A model generated the notes under the pieces. The model ran no database searches and was not told the origin of the DNA. It saw only the letters and a program-made list of their open reading frames with translations. This document shows, in pieces, positions 1-11,919 of a stretch of 64,000 nucleotides of DNA. A program made the position numbers and the translations under genes. The stretch lies in NCBI GenBank assembly GCA_951406725.2, contig OX597819.1, forward strand, positions 50,716,001 through 50,780,000, in the 5' to 3' direction. The DNA is from Octopus vulgaris. Lineage: Eukaryota. Numbering within the stretch: position 1 is the stretch's first letter; each line of letters opens with the position of its first letter.

Positions 1-336
1 AGCTATTTGCAATATCATTGAAATCATTGTTTCCCATGTAGGTGGTGACAAATTTTGACTGAATATACGTCATTGATAAGCTCTAACAATGTTGAAATAC
101 ATCTGGGAGGACTTTTCGTCTTCCTTTCACATATATCCATTGTGTGTTTTTTTAAAACAAAGTACGTCCGCATGAGATATTATATCTCACAATATAACTC
201 GAATCGCATTATATGCGAATATCGCATAACCATGTCTTTCAAACAATTTATATACTTTAAGTATGACACATTCATGCCTATTTTTAATTTAATACTGCTA
301 CAATTGAATATTTAAGGCATAAATTATTATTCCGAA

Positions 337-1045
<709 letters not shown>

Positions 1046-1090
1046 AATAATAATAATAATAATAATACGGAAGTAAGAAAGTGACCGTAG

Positions 1091-1147
<57 letters not shown>

Positions 1148-1240
1148 CACACACGTATCCACACACAGACATACATATTAATATGTATTTAGATATATAC
1201 ACGTACATACGCATATATTTGCATTATATATATATATATA

Positions 1241-2023
1241 TATAAATATAACAATTTAGGAGTGACCCTAACAGGTAATTCGTCCACCAGAAAGAGCAGC
1301 CATAACTCACACCGCCAAGTAGTAGTAATTCAGAAATTAGGTGAAAATTTAAAAACATTTACCCTAATTCATCTTTTAGACGTTGCAACGTTTCTGTGTC
1401 ATTAATGATTAAATTAGCTTAATTAAATTAAATTAAGCTAATCTACCATAGGTTACACTTCATCAGTAAAAAACCTGGGAGAGACAAATATACACGAGGC
1501 GTCTGTATCGATGCCTACGGAATATCTGTCTTAAAATTTTCAAGACTGACGTATTCGCGCCAAACTTATCAGCAGTAAATATAAACTGCCGATTCAATCT
1601 CAGAATTATTCAGAAAATTATCAATTAGTCAATTTAGGGTAGCAAAAAATTCAATAGAAATTTATCGCTACCAACGGCCTAGTGGAAAAGAGAAAATAGT
1701 CAACGACTAGATATATAAATATAACAATTTAGGAGTGACCTAACAGGTCATTCGTCCACCAGAAAGAGCAGCCATAACTCACACCGCCAAGTAGTAGTAA
1801 TTCAGAAATTAGGTGAAAATTTAAAAACATTTACCCTAATTTCTGAATTACTACTACTTGGCGGTGTGAGTTATGGCTGCTCTTTCTGGTGGACGAATGA
1901 CCTGTTAGGGTCACTCCTAAATTGTTATATTTATATATTTAGTCGTTGACTATTTTCTCTTTTCCACTAGGCCGTTGGTAGCGATAAATTTCTATTGAAT
2001 TTTTTGCTACCCTAAATTGACTA
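1241..2023 (-). mobile_element. HHR-bearing non-autonomous PLE-like element: 473-bp unit, partial tandem copy and fold-back inversion
   Basis: 1241-1369 is repeated at 1714-1841; 1835-2023 is the reverse complement of 1626-1813; flanked by (TA)n; homologous to the 491-bp unit at 8360. Confidence 0.8.
1373..1472 (-). ncRNA. Type I hammerhead ribozyme (long stem II)
   Basis: UUUUUA-CUGAUGA-[long hairpin]-GAAA-C-GUUGCAAC-GUC-UAAAAG; stem I has 6 bp; stem III ACGUUGCAACGU is a palindrome; stem II closes with an A/A mismatch. Confidence 0.8.
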
Positions 2024-2047
2024 TATATATATATATATATATGGCTG

Positions 2048-2112
<65 letters not shown>

Positions 2113-3024
2113 CATATATTTGATGATGTTTGTGCGTTAGTGTATATTCGTATACATGTACATTTGCTACTAGCATAATATATTTGCATATTTGAATATG
2201 TTTAAACTTGCATTTGTTGAGATTGCGGAATTTCTCGAAGTTCACACACACGCACACACACACACACGCACACATACACACACACGCACCCACACACACA
2301 TCTGTATACACACATATATATGTGTGTGTATGTGTCTTTGTGTATGGATGTGTATGACAATCGGTATGTTTGTGAGCACTTGTTTGTGCATTGCAATAGC
2401 CTTGATTGTAGTAAATCAGATATGATTCGCTAATCGGCTTTATGGTGAGATTATAGACCAATTAAATACGACTTATATTCTATAAGAAATGAATACTATA
2501 ACCGACAAAGAGAGCGGGGGTGGGGAGAGGCAGAAAGAGAGAAGGTAGTGAAAAAAAAAGAAGAGGACAGAGAGATTTAGTTACAGAGATACAGACAGAG
2601 ACAAGAATGAGAGAGTGAAGAATAAGATTGAGAAAGAGGATAAATAGTAAGAGGAGAGGCGAAACGAAATCATAGCTTGCGTTTGGCATATTTGTATGTA
2701 TGTCTATAGAAATACACAGTATAACAATGAACAATGCAATCTACATCTAACTGTTTGCTACGATAATAACAGATATTGAAACTAGGCTAGCCATGTATAT
2801 TACTCTGTAAATTTGCTATTTATTTGACAGGAATACATGTATGGAACCAATTTTTGTTATTTGGCTCTTTGTTGCTTTTATGTATATGATAATCTAGCGC
2901 TTGTTTTTCTAAAGTTACAGCGGCCGCATATCGCAATATCATATTCGATAACATTATCTGGCACTCTGTCGGTTACAACAACGATGAGGGTTTCAGGTGA
3001 TCCAATCAACGGAAAAAGCTATTA

Positions 3025-3620
3025 CAAAAACACTACAAGTTGTGGCGTCACGATCAAGTAGCGAACGTGCTACATTGGAAACTGTGCGAAAAGTGGGGGC
3101 TAGTGGGAGGCAAGACGCGGTATGACCCTAAGCCGCAGTGAGTGGCGGAGTCAAAGATCAACAAAATCCTCTGGGATTTCCCAATCCAAATAGATCAGGT
3201 GCTAGAGCATAACAAACCGAACCTAGTGGTGGTGTACAAGGTGCACCACGTATGCTATATATTTGATTTTGAATACCACTTTGACCCATGAATAGTGAAA
3301 AAGGAAGGCGAAAAGATGGATAGATACAACCCTCTTAAGTACGAAATAGCCCGGCTAAGGAAAATGAAGAAGGTGAAGATAGTGCCACTTATTGTTGGCT
3401 CCTTGGGAGCAGTATCGGAAGGCATCAAGGGGAATATGGAGGAATATGGAGGAAATTGGAACAGAGCAACCTGTTATAAAAGGTTTGCACTGCCAGAATT
3501 ATTTGGGAAGTATTAGATAGCTGAAAAGAATGGACAGCATGGTACCGTAGGCAGAAGTCAGCAAGTCCGCTTCGTATACAAACTCCAGGAGCTTCAACAA
3601 AATCTCTGATAAAAAGAGAA
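3025..3620 (+). mobile_element. R4/Dong-type RLE non-LTR retrotransposon 3' fragment (degenerate)
   Basis: Translates WRHDQVANVLHWKLCEKWG..KILWDFPIQIDQVLEHNKPNLVV..KIVPLIVGSLGAV with in-frame stops; ends in an AAT run. Confidence 0.85.
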
Positions 3621-3630
3621 ATAATAATAA

Positions 3631-3843
3631 TCATTTCTACCATAAGCACAAGGCCTGAAATTTTGGGAGAGAGCGCTCAGTCGATTAGATCGACCCCAGT
3701 ACGAAACTGGTACTTAATTTATCGACCCCGAGAGGATGAAAGGCAAAATCGACCTCGGTGGAATTTGAACTCAGATTGTAACGACGGGTGAAATACCTCT
3801 AAGCATTTCGTTTACCGTGATAACGATTCTGCCAGCTCACCTT
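3631..3843 (-). mobile_element. tRNA-derived SINE family A (Nin/Deu-like domain)
   Basis: Reverse strand has the GAGTTCAAATTCC B box followed by TTTGCCTTTCATCC..GGGGTCGATAAATTAAGTACCAG. Confidence 0.85.
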
Positions 3844-3867
3844 AAGAGAAATAGTAACAGCAACAAT

Positions 3868-3903
<36 letters not shown>

Positions 3904-3930
3904 TACAAAAAAAAAAATAATAATAATAAT

Positions 3931-4488
3931 TGCGGTGATGTAGTACCAGGCAGTGGCTCCCATGGCTTCTGATCTTAACTGATTGGAAGTGTTATCATGT
4001 ACATTGTTTTGTCTTGGTATAAAAGATGGGCTATCGCAAATATTCTGCTCAATACCACAGATTTGCTTGTCAGTTGTTTGACCATAACCAGTTGAGCATG
4101 TCCCTTAGTGGCTGACAATATGTGCATCTCTGATCATGAGTAGGAGTAATGAGGGAGCATCATAGCCATGTGTCAAGAGGAATTATCTGGGGGTTTGGAT
4201 AATTCACCTTTGGAAACATGGGTGTTTCATTCAGCATGCTTAAACAATCCTTATTCAGGGAGCTTTTGAGTGGGGTGGGCTACTGAACCTGAAGAAAATT
4301 CTAACTGGGCCCCACCTGCAAGGTCATGCGCTGTTTATGTTGATATGTGATCACCATGTCGTGTACATATGGTTGTGATGCATGTGCTTGGTGTACTCTT
4401 ATCAGATGAGTAGTGATGATGGGTATACTGGATTTCGTATATTTTACCCTAGCGTCACTTTGATGGCATGCAATGCTCTCTCTTACTC
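3931..4488 (+). mobile_element. (AAT)n-associated element, copy 2 (more diverged)
   Basis: Colinear with 491-1045; AAT runs on both sides. Confidence 0.9.
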
Positions 4489-4550
<62 letters not shown>

Positions 4551-4551
<1 letters not shown>

Positions 4552-4769
4552 CATTTCAAATTTTGACACAGGGCCAGCAATTTCGGGGTGGGTGGGTAGT
4601 AAGTCAATTACAACGACACCAGTAATCAACTGGTAATTATTTTATCGATCCCGAAGGGATGAAATGCAGAGTGGACCTTGGCGGAATTTGAACTCTGAAC
4701 CTTAAGATAGACGGAATGCCACTATGCATGTTCTCCCATATCATATCGATTCTGCCATTTCCCCGCCTT
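4551..4769 (-). mobile_element. SINE family A, diverged
   Basis: Similar to 3631-3843. Confidence 0.75.
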
Positions 4770-4882
4770 AATAACTTTAAACTCGACCTCGGGTGAATTT
4801 GACCAATTTTGCCAATAGTAATAATAATAATTTATAGATGTATAGTTTTTAATGTATGTATGTATGTATGTATGTATGTATG

Positions 4883-4913
<31 letters not shown>

Positions 4914-5930
4914 GCGCATAAACATACATATGTCAGTATGTGCACTTATGTATATTCATATATATGTATATACACTTGTTTACTTAGTAAGAATACTTAA
5001 GTCGATATTCTAACATGCTCACAAAATGTGGGTCGATCGACTTCGCTGGCTGACTAAACCGAATACCTTAATACATTTGAGAAAATTGTGCAGTTTATTG
5101 CTTTATAATCAAATAAATTTCCACCTTCAAGAGATAGCTAAATGCATTAAACGCCAGCTTGGGCTGCTAGTTGTCAACAATAAAATATTTATCTGATAGA
5201 CGTCACAAATGTTACTTGTTTAATCATGCTGTAGTGTGATAATACTTGCTCGCATCTGATAACGAAGTGGTAATTATCATATCTTCTCCCACGCCTCCTT
5301 CTTTGCTTCAAAGTAAGCTTGGTTCTCTCGTTTGATTTTCGGACTGGTATTTAGGTAAGCCCGCATTTGAAGCTGCTGTAAAGAAACAAAACTGAAGATG
5401 GCAGCATCAAAATGTGTGAGAGACTTACAGTCGAAGGAGCGAAGGCTCGCATGTGCACACTGGAACAATAATGCGACAACTGTTATAATTCTATTGTAAA
5501 CCTGTATACACTTCATATCATCCGCTTGAGGAGTGTAAAGTAAAGATCTGCTATATTTAGTCGAAATCGTTATAAACATTATCCCATAGCCTACAGATAT
5601 AATCTTTAAATAATTCTGTTTACCTCTACCAGCAAAACCTTTACTGACATTGCTGTTTAGCTGCACGTAAACTCTTCTGAACCTACCGACCTATGACCAA
5701 TGGCGTTTCAGTTGTGGCTCTATCGTCACTTTGTGCTGCACGGTATATTCAGATATAGATCATGCAACGTTAGGATGTGATTTCAGGAAGTAGTTGCTGC
5801 TGTACCTAGCTTGGACGAATAACCGCTGGAAGACATCTTTTTTCTTCTCTTTTTTCATCTCCTTATTTTTTTACTCCTGTCCTTTGTGTAGTCATTTCAT
5901 TAATCTATACCTTTCTCATTTTCCCTATTT

Positions 5931-5986
5931 CTCTCCGATGACGAATTATCCCATACTCTGGGATATCCCTGAAACAGCTGTAAGAC
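5931..5986 (+). ncRNA. HHR-like motif with CCGAUGA core, in a repeat shared with 9420-9640 and 10500-10720
   Basis: UCU-CCGAUGA-hairpin(UAUCCCA/UGGGAUA)-GAAA-C-AGCU-GUA-AGA; stem III ACAGCUGU is a palindrome. Confidence 0.55.
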
Positions 5987-6261
5987 TGAATCCTTTTTCC
6001 AATAATAATAATGTACATGGCTTGAAATGTTTGTCTCGCTTTAACGTTTGTTAACAATTATATATCCGCTATATCGGAAATCTGCAATGGCTCCATAACT
6101 ACCGTCTCGGCAATGATGTGTGTATCCATGTGATATAATATGCACGTTACATTATATATAGATGCATATATACACATACATGTATATATATATGCACACA
6201 CATACATGTAAATATCTATATATATATATATATGTGTGTATGTATGTATGTATGTATGTAT

Positions 6262-6465
6262 ATTATGTTAAAAATGGGGAGAGCCGGTTTATGGGATTGC
6301 CATAGGTTTCTCGTCCATAAAGGGTTTAGCTTTATGGCGTATCGTCAGATCACAAAACCTGTCGGCCTTTTGGGATCTGACGATACCCCATGAAGCTAAA
6401 TTTTTTATGGACGGGAAACCTAAGGTATTCCCATAAACCGGCCTTCCCCATTTTTGATATTATAT
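6262..6465. mobile_element. ~200-bp imperfect fold-back formed by two inverted copies of an HHR-bearing repeat
   Basis: Arms of ~95 bp around a CCTGTCGGCC loop; microsatellite flanks. Confidence 0.8.
6371..6433 (+). ncRNA. Type I hammerhead ribozyme (mirror copy on the minus strand at ~6292-6354)
   Basis: UGGGAU-CUGACGA-stem II(CCAUGAAG/UUUUAUGG)-GAAA-C-CUAAG-GUA-UUCCCA; the mirror copy supplies AUCCCA (perfect stem I) but has GCA in place of GUA. Confidence 0.7.
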
Positions 6466-6734
6466 ATACTGCTCTACATCTTAGAGTGTGCTTCTTCTTT
6501 CGGAAAGACTATGTATTAGTTATAAAATATAGTGTACATTTAAATACATAAGGAATTCTCTCATGGGATTCAACACGCTAGAAAGAACAGCTAGGTTCTA
6601 TAACCACAAAATTAGGTATAAAATTCGACAGGAATGAAATGAAAAAATAATAACATTTTACTATCTAATTTCCTGGACCAATTGGTTTCTGATTTTAGTT
6701 TAGCAAGTAAATAAATCTTACTCGCGAAGTGAAA

Positions 6735-6860
6735 TCCTTCGGCAAAAGAAACCGATACAATTAGTACTAGGCTTACGAAGAATATGTCTTGGGATCGATT
6801 TGTTCGGCTTAAAGGCGGTGCTCCAATATGGACGCAGTGAAATGATTGAAACAAGTAAAA
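6735..6860 (+). mobile_element. SINE family B 3' fragment
   Basis: Tail AAAGGCGGTGCTCC...AAATGATTGAAACAAGTAAAA. Confidence 0.75.
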
Positions 6861-7090
6861 TAAATAAATAAATAAATAAAAAACCTGTTTAATAATGAAA
6901 AAAAAACCCCGACTAATCTTGAACACAGTCGTTTTTCCAATATAACATACTTCAATGACAAGCTGTTCCCGATACACAAAGAGACACTCAAACATACGTA
7001 TGTATGTATGTATGTATGTATGTATGTATGTGTAGGAAGATACATAATATAAATATGCATGTATGTACAATACAGATATGCGTATGTAAA

Positions 7091-7124
<34 letters not shown>

Positions 7125-7803
7125 TTATATATATGAATATACATATGTGCCCGTGTGTGTCCGTATTTGTGTTTATGTGTATACGCATGTGAACGAATAT
7201 ATCGTTCTGTGTGTCAGTATGTGTGGGAGTGTGTGAGTACGAACCTGTATGTGTGTATGTGAAAGTGTGTTTTTGTCTTAAGATGTTTTACGCATCTGAT
7301 TAGAAGAGAACCGACTAATTAATAAGTAGAATATGAAAGACATTTCCGAACTAATCTAGAAACTTGTATTAGTTCTCAATGGACATTTTTATTGGATATT
7401 AATCTGAAATTAGTATGAATGTGATAAATTGTTCGATTTAAGCGAACAATGTTTGGCCATCGGCTCTTAATAATAGCTGGAAAATTAGATTTAATTATAT
7501 CTCTGATATTGATATAGTCGTCTTAACTCTGTTTATCACTGTTTGTTTTTAGTTTGGAGATGAATTTTTCTCTACAGATAAGTAAGATTTTTAACTTGTG
7601 ATATTAATTTTCTCTTGTTTTGCTTTGTTTTGTTATGTTCACACACACATACATACATGCATACACATACACACATACATACATATATATATATAAACTC
7701 TGTAATAATAAGGTTGGGTGTGGCTGGTGCTAAAGACTGAGAAAACAATTTATATAGTTGTAACGAATATGTTGCCTTTGGCCAAGCCCTAATACATACA
7801 TTT

Positions 7804-7846
<43 letters not shown>

Positions 7847-7847
<1 letters not shown>

Positions 7848-8232
7848 TCTTTTTACTCTTTTACCTGTTTCAGTTATTTAACTGTGGCCATGCTGGAGTA
7901 CCTCCTTTACTCGAGCAAATTGACCCCAGGAGTTATTCTTTGTAAGCCTAGTACTTATTCTATCGGTCACTTTTGCCGAACCGCTAAGTTACGGGGTCTA
8001 AACACACCAGCATCGGTTGTCAAGCGATGTTGGGAGAACAAACACGCACACATATTTATATACATATAAACGACGGGCTTCTTTCAGTTTCCGTCTACCA
8101 AATCCACTCACAAGGCTTTGGTCGACCCGAGCCTATAGTAGAAAACAATTGCCAAGGTGCCACGCAATGGGACTGAACCCAGAACCATGTGGTTCGTAAG
8201 CAAGCTACTTACTACACAACCACTCCTAGGCC
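7847..8232 (-). mobile_element. tRNA-derived SINE family B
   Basis: Reverse strand reads GGAGTGGTTGTGTAGTAAGTAGCTTGC..GGTTCAGTCCC..GGATTTGGTAGACGGAAACTG, then an internal microsatellite and the tail. Confidence 0.85.
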
Positions 8233-8259
8233 TATACACACAAACACACACACACACGC

Positions 8260-8357
<98 letters not shown>

Positions 8358-8478
8358 GACAATCAAGGAACGGCCATAATAGGCCATTCGCCCACTAGAA
8401 ATAACAGCCAAAAGCTTTAACCGCAAAATAACATCAATTCCGTAAACCAGGAGAAAATTAAAAAACATTTACCCTGTA

Positions 8479-8585
8479 ATTTCTTAGACGATGCACCGTT
8501 TCATCTACTGTTTAATGGTAAACTAACCTGATTAAATTAAATCAAGCCAATCTACCATAGGCCCTTAGATTCATCAGTAAGAAAT
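8479..8585 (-). ncRNA. Type I hammerhead ribozyme, canonical core
   Basis: AUUUCUUA-CUGAUGA-AUCUA[long hairpin]UAGAU-GAAA-C-GGUGCAUC-GUC-UAAGAAAU; stem I is a perfect 8 bp and the base of stem II a perfect 5 bp. Confidence 0.9.
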
Positions 8586-8969
8586 AGCCAAGTCGGAACA
8601 GATATTTTTCACGAGGCATTCCCGTTGCTACCTCGGCAATATCTGACCTAAAATTTTCAAATCGTCGCACTCGCGCCAAATTTATCGGCAGCAAATAAAT
8701 ATAAGCCGCCGATTCCATTACGGAATTAACCAGAACATTCATAATTAATCAATATAGGGTGGCAAAAAAAATTTTGTAGAATTCTTTTGCCACCAGCGGC
8801 CTAGTGGGAAAAAATTAAATAGTCATAAACCATTTTTAAGTTCAACATCACAATCAAGGAACGGCCATAATAGGCCATTCGCCCACTAGAAATAACAGCC
8901 AAAAGCTTTAACCGCAAAATAACATCAATTCCGTAAACCAGGAGAAAATTAAAAAACATTTACCCTGTA

Positions 8970-9076
8970 ATTTCTTAGACGATGCACCGTTTCATCTACT
9001 GTTTAATGGTAAACTAACCTGATTAAATTAAATCAAGCCAATCTACCATAGGCCCTTAGATTCATCAGTAAGAAAT
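8970..9076 (-). ncRNA. Type I hammerhead ribozyme, second tandem copy
   Basis: Same sequence as 8479-8585, offset by 491 bp. Confidence 0.9.
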
Positions 9077-9500
9077 AGCCAAGTCGGAACAGATATTTTT
9101 CACGAGGCATTCCCGTTGCTACCTCGGCAATATCTGACCTAAAATTTTCAAATCGTCGCACTCGCGCCAAATTTATCGGCAGCAAATAAATATAAGCCGC
9201 CGATTCCATTACGGAATTAACCAGAAAATTCATAATTAATCAATATAGGGTGGCAAAAAAAATTTTGTAGAATTCTTTTGCCACCAGCGGCCTAGTGGGA
9301 AAAAATTAAATAGTCATAAACCATTTTTAAGTTCAACATCACAATCAAGGAACGGCCATAATAGGCCATTCGCCTATGATCGGAAAGTTGAACTATGAAC
9401 TTTTATGCTTCCTTTTTCTTCTCTTCATCTCCTTATTCCTTTACTCCTGTCCTTTATGTTGTCATTTCATTAATCTATACCCTTCTCATTTTCCCTATTT

Positions 9501-9556
9501 GTCTCCGATGACAGACTATCCCATACTCTAGGGTATCCCAGAAACAGCTGTAAGAC
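9501..9556 (+). ncRNA. HHR-like motif with CCGAUGA core (duplicate at 10581-10636)
   Basis: GUCU-CCGAUGA..GAAA-C-AGCU-GUA-AGAC; stem I is a perfect 4 bp; stem II is degenerate. Confidence 0.55.
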
Positions 9557-9678
9557 TTTGAATCTTTTCCCAATAATAATAATAATGTATATGACTTGAG
9601 ATGTTTGTCTTGCCTTAACGTTTTCTTTCCTCTGTTACAACTAACAAGTATATATATGTAAAATCTCAAGAACACATA

Positions 9679-9729
<51 letters not shown>

Positions 9730-9814
9730 CACACACACACGCGTGCACATGCACACAAATATAGAAATCTAAATGTACATATATATAAATTCTTTTAGTT
9801 TTTCTAACCCCTGA

Positions 9815-9896
9815 AAAAACTTCACAAGGGAGGATCTCCATCCAGGCCTTTCCCGATACTCTTAAAGCCAGGAACTTTTCAGCATTCCCTCGCATA
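9815..9896 (+). mobile_element. Mariner-type terminal fragment (duplicate at ~10895-10975)
   Basis: Ends GCCAGGAACTTTTCAGCATTCCCTCGCA-TA, which resembles a mariner TIR. Confidence 0.5.
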
Positions 9897-10037
9897 TACC
9901 TCTCGTATATACATATGTATGTGTTGGAGTTTAGCAATACCATGTACGCCTATGAGGATTTAGTTTCCCAATGAAACTCGGTTTTTTTTCTCAAACCTGT
10001 TATAATGTGATACAAGTCTTTGGTGTGGCAATTGTAC

Positions 10038-10130
10038 GCGGCTGAAGAAGGCTTTTGATCTATCTGTTATATCAATTATGCATTGATATAAGAATAAGTT
10101 GTTCAATAAAGCTCGACACATATGTACCGC
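10038..10130 (+). ncRNA. HHR motif with GAAA>GACA substitution (duplicate at 11116-11208)
   Basis: GCGG-CUGAAGA-long hairpin(UUAUAUCAAU/AUUGAUAUAA)-GACA-C-AUAU-GUA-CCGC; stem III ACAUAUGU is a palindrome. Confidence 0.65.
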
Positions 10131-10166
10131 AAAATCCTTTGTGTCCTGTTTTTCATTTACTTCATT

Positions 10167-10208
<42 letters not shown>

Positions 10209-10249
10209 TCGTATGTTTGTGTGTGAGTTCGGGGTTCCTATAGAGTATC

Positions 10250-10318
<69 letters not shown>

Positions 10319-10333
10319 CCTATCTATCTATCA

Positions 10334-10397
<64 letters not shown>

Positions 10398-10760
10398 GTT
10401 TGTTTAACTATTTATCTACTTAAACCTGTTTTTGCCCAGAATGCTTTAATAATAATAAACATATTACTTACTCAACCACAGTTATTCGAGTTCTATTTTT
10501 CTCTTCATCTCCTTATTCCTTTACTCCTGTCCTCTATGTTGTCATTTCATTAATCTATACCCTTCTCATTTTCCCTATTTGTCTCCGATGACAGACTATC
10601 CCATACTCTAGGGTATCCCAGAAACAGCTGTAAGACTTTGAATCTTTTCCCAATAATAATAATAATGTATATGACTTGAGATGTTTGTCTTGCCTTAACG
10701 TTTTCTTTCCTCTGTTACAACTAACAAGTATATATATGTAAAATCTCAAGAACACATAGA

Positions 10761-10819
<59 letters not shown>

Positions 10820-11244
10820 GCGTGCACATGCACACAAATATAGAAATCTAAATGTACATATATATAAATTCTTTTAGTTTTTCTAACCCCTGAAAAAACT
10901 TCACAAGGGAGGATCTCCATCCAGGCCTTTCCCGATACTCTTAAAGCCAGGAACTTTTCAGCATTCCCTCGCATATACCTCTCGTATATACATATGTATG
11001 TGTTGGAGTTTAGCAATACCATGTACGCCTATGAGGATTTAGTTTCCCAATGAAACTCGGTTTTTTTCTCAAACCTGTTATAATGTGATACAAGTCTTTG
11101 GTGTGGCAATTGTACGCGGCTGAAGAAGGCTTTTGATCTATCTGTTATATCAATTATGCATTGATATAAGAATAAGTTGTTCAATAAAGCTCGACACATA
11201 TGTACCGCAAAATCCTTTGTGTCCTGTTTTTCATTTACTTCATT

Positions 11245-11286
<42 letters not shown>

Positions 11287-11327
11287 TCGTATGTTTGTGT
11301 GTGAGTTCGGGGTTCCTATAGAGTATC

Positions 11328-11400
<73 letters not shown>

Positions 11401-11418
11401 CCTATCTATCTATCAATC

Positions 11419-11471
<53 letters not shown>

Positions 11472-11730
11472 GTTTGTTTAACTATTTATCTACTTAAACC
11501 TGTTTTTGCTGCTTTAATAATAATAAACATATTACTTACTCAACCACAGTTATTCGAGTTCTATTTTTTCCCACCTCGTTTCACATTTTTGTGCTTACTT
11601 TGGTGGTATTTATTTATGTATCTAGATTTGTCCGTCTCTATAGCTGTTCATCAAATTATTCCTGTGGTTATTATTATGCGTTATATGAATGAATTTTTGA
11701 ACGCTTATTACTGTGTCTCGTTCTGTCCCG

Positions 11731-11785
<55 letters not shown>

Positions 11786-11919
11786 TGCGTGCGCGTTTGT
11801 GTGTGTATGTGCATGTGTATCGTGTATAACATCTTGTATATGTGCACACAGCCATTGCTATTGTTTTCACATATGCAATTTGTCATTCAGCCATAAATTA
11901 TATCTTGATGATGCTTAAC

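Larger units (their letters stand above)
8360..9374 (-). mobile_element. Retrozyme-like tandem repeat: two 491-bp units plus ~33 bp, one HHR per unit
   Basis: CAATCAAGGAACGGCC recurs at 8360, 8851 and 9342; I found one substitution between the units; non-coding; (TA)n on the left flank. Confidence 0.85.
9420..11568. repeat. ~1.08-kb tandem duplication of a composite repeat block
   Basis: 9420-10499 matches 10500-11568, differing mainly in microsatellite lengths; the ORF track shows duplicated ORFs. Confidence 0.9.

Noticed and set aside
7300-7640. PLE GIY-YIG end or HHR near the ATTGTTCG/CGAACAAT hairpin
   Set aside because: Only a vague peptide resemblance, and no complete ribozyme core.
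8542-9233. Duplicated 66-aa ORFs in the 491-bp unit
   Set aside because: They are short, run through the ribozyme stems and show no recognisable homology, and no equivalent ORF is listed for the 473-bp homologue.
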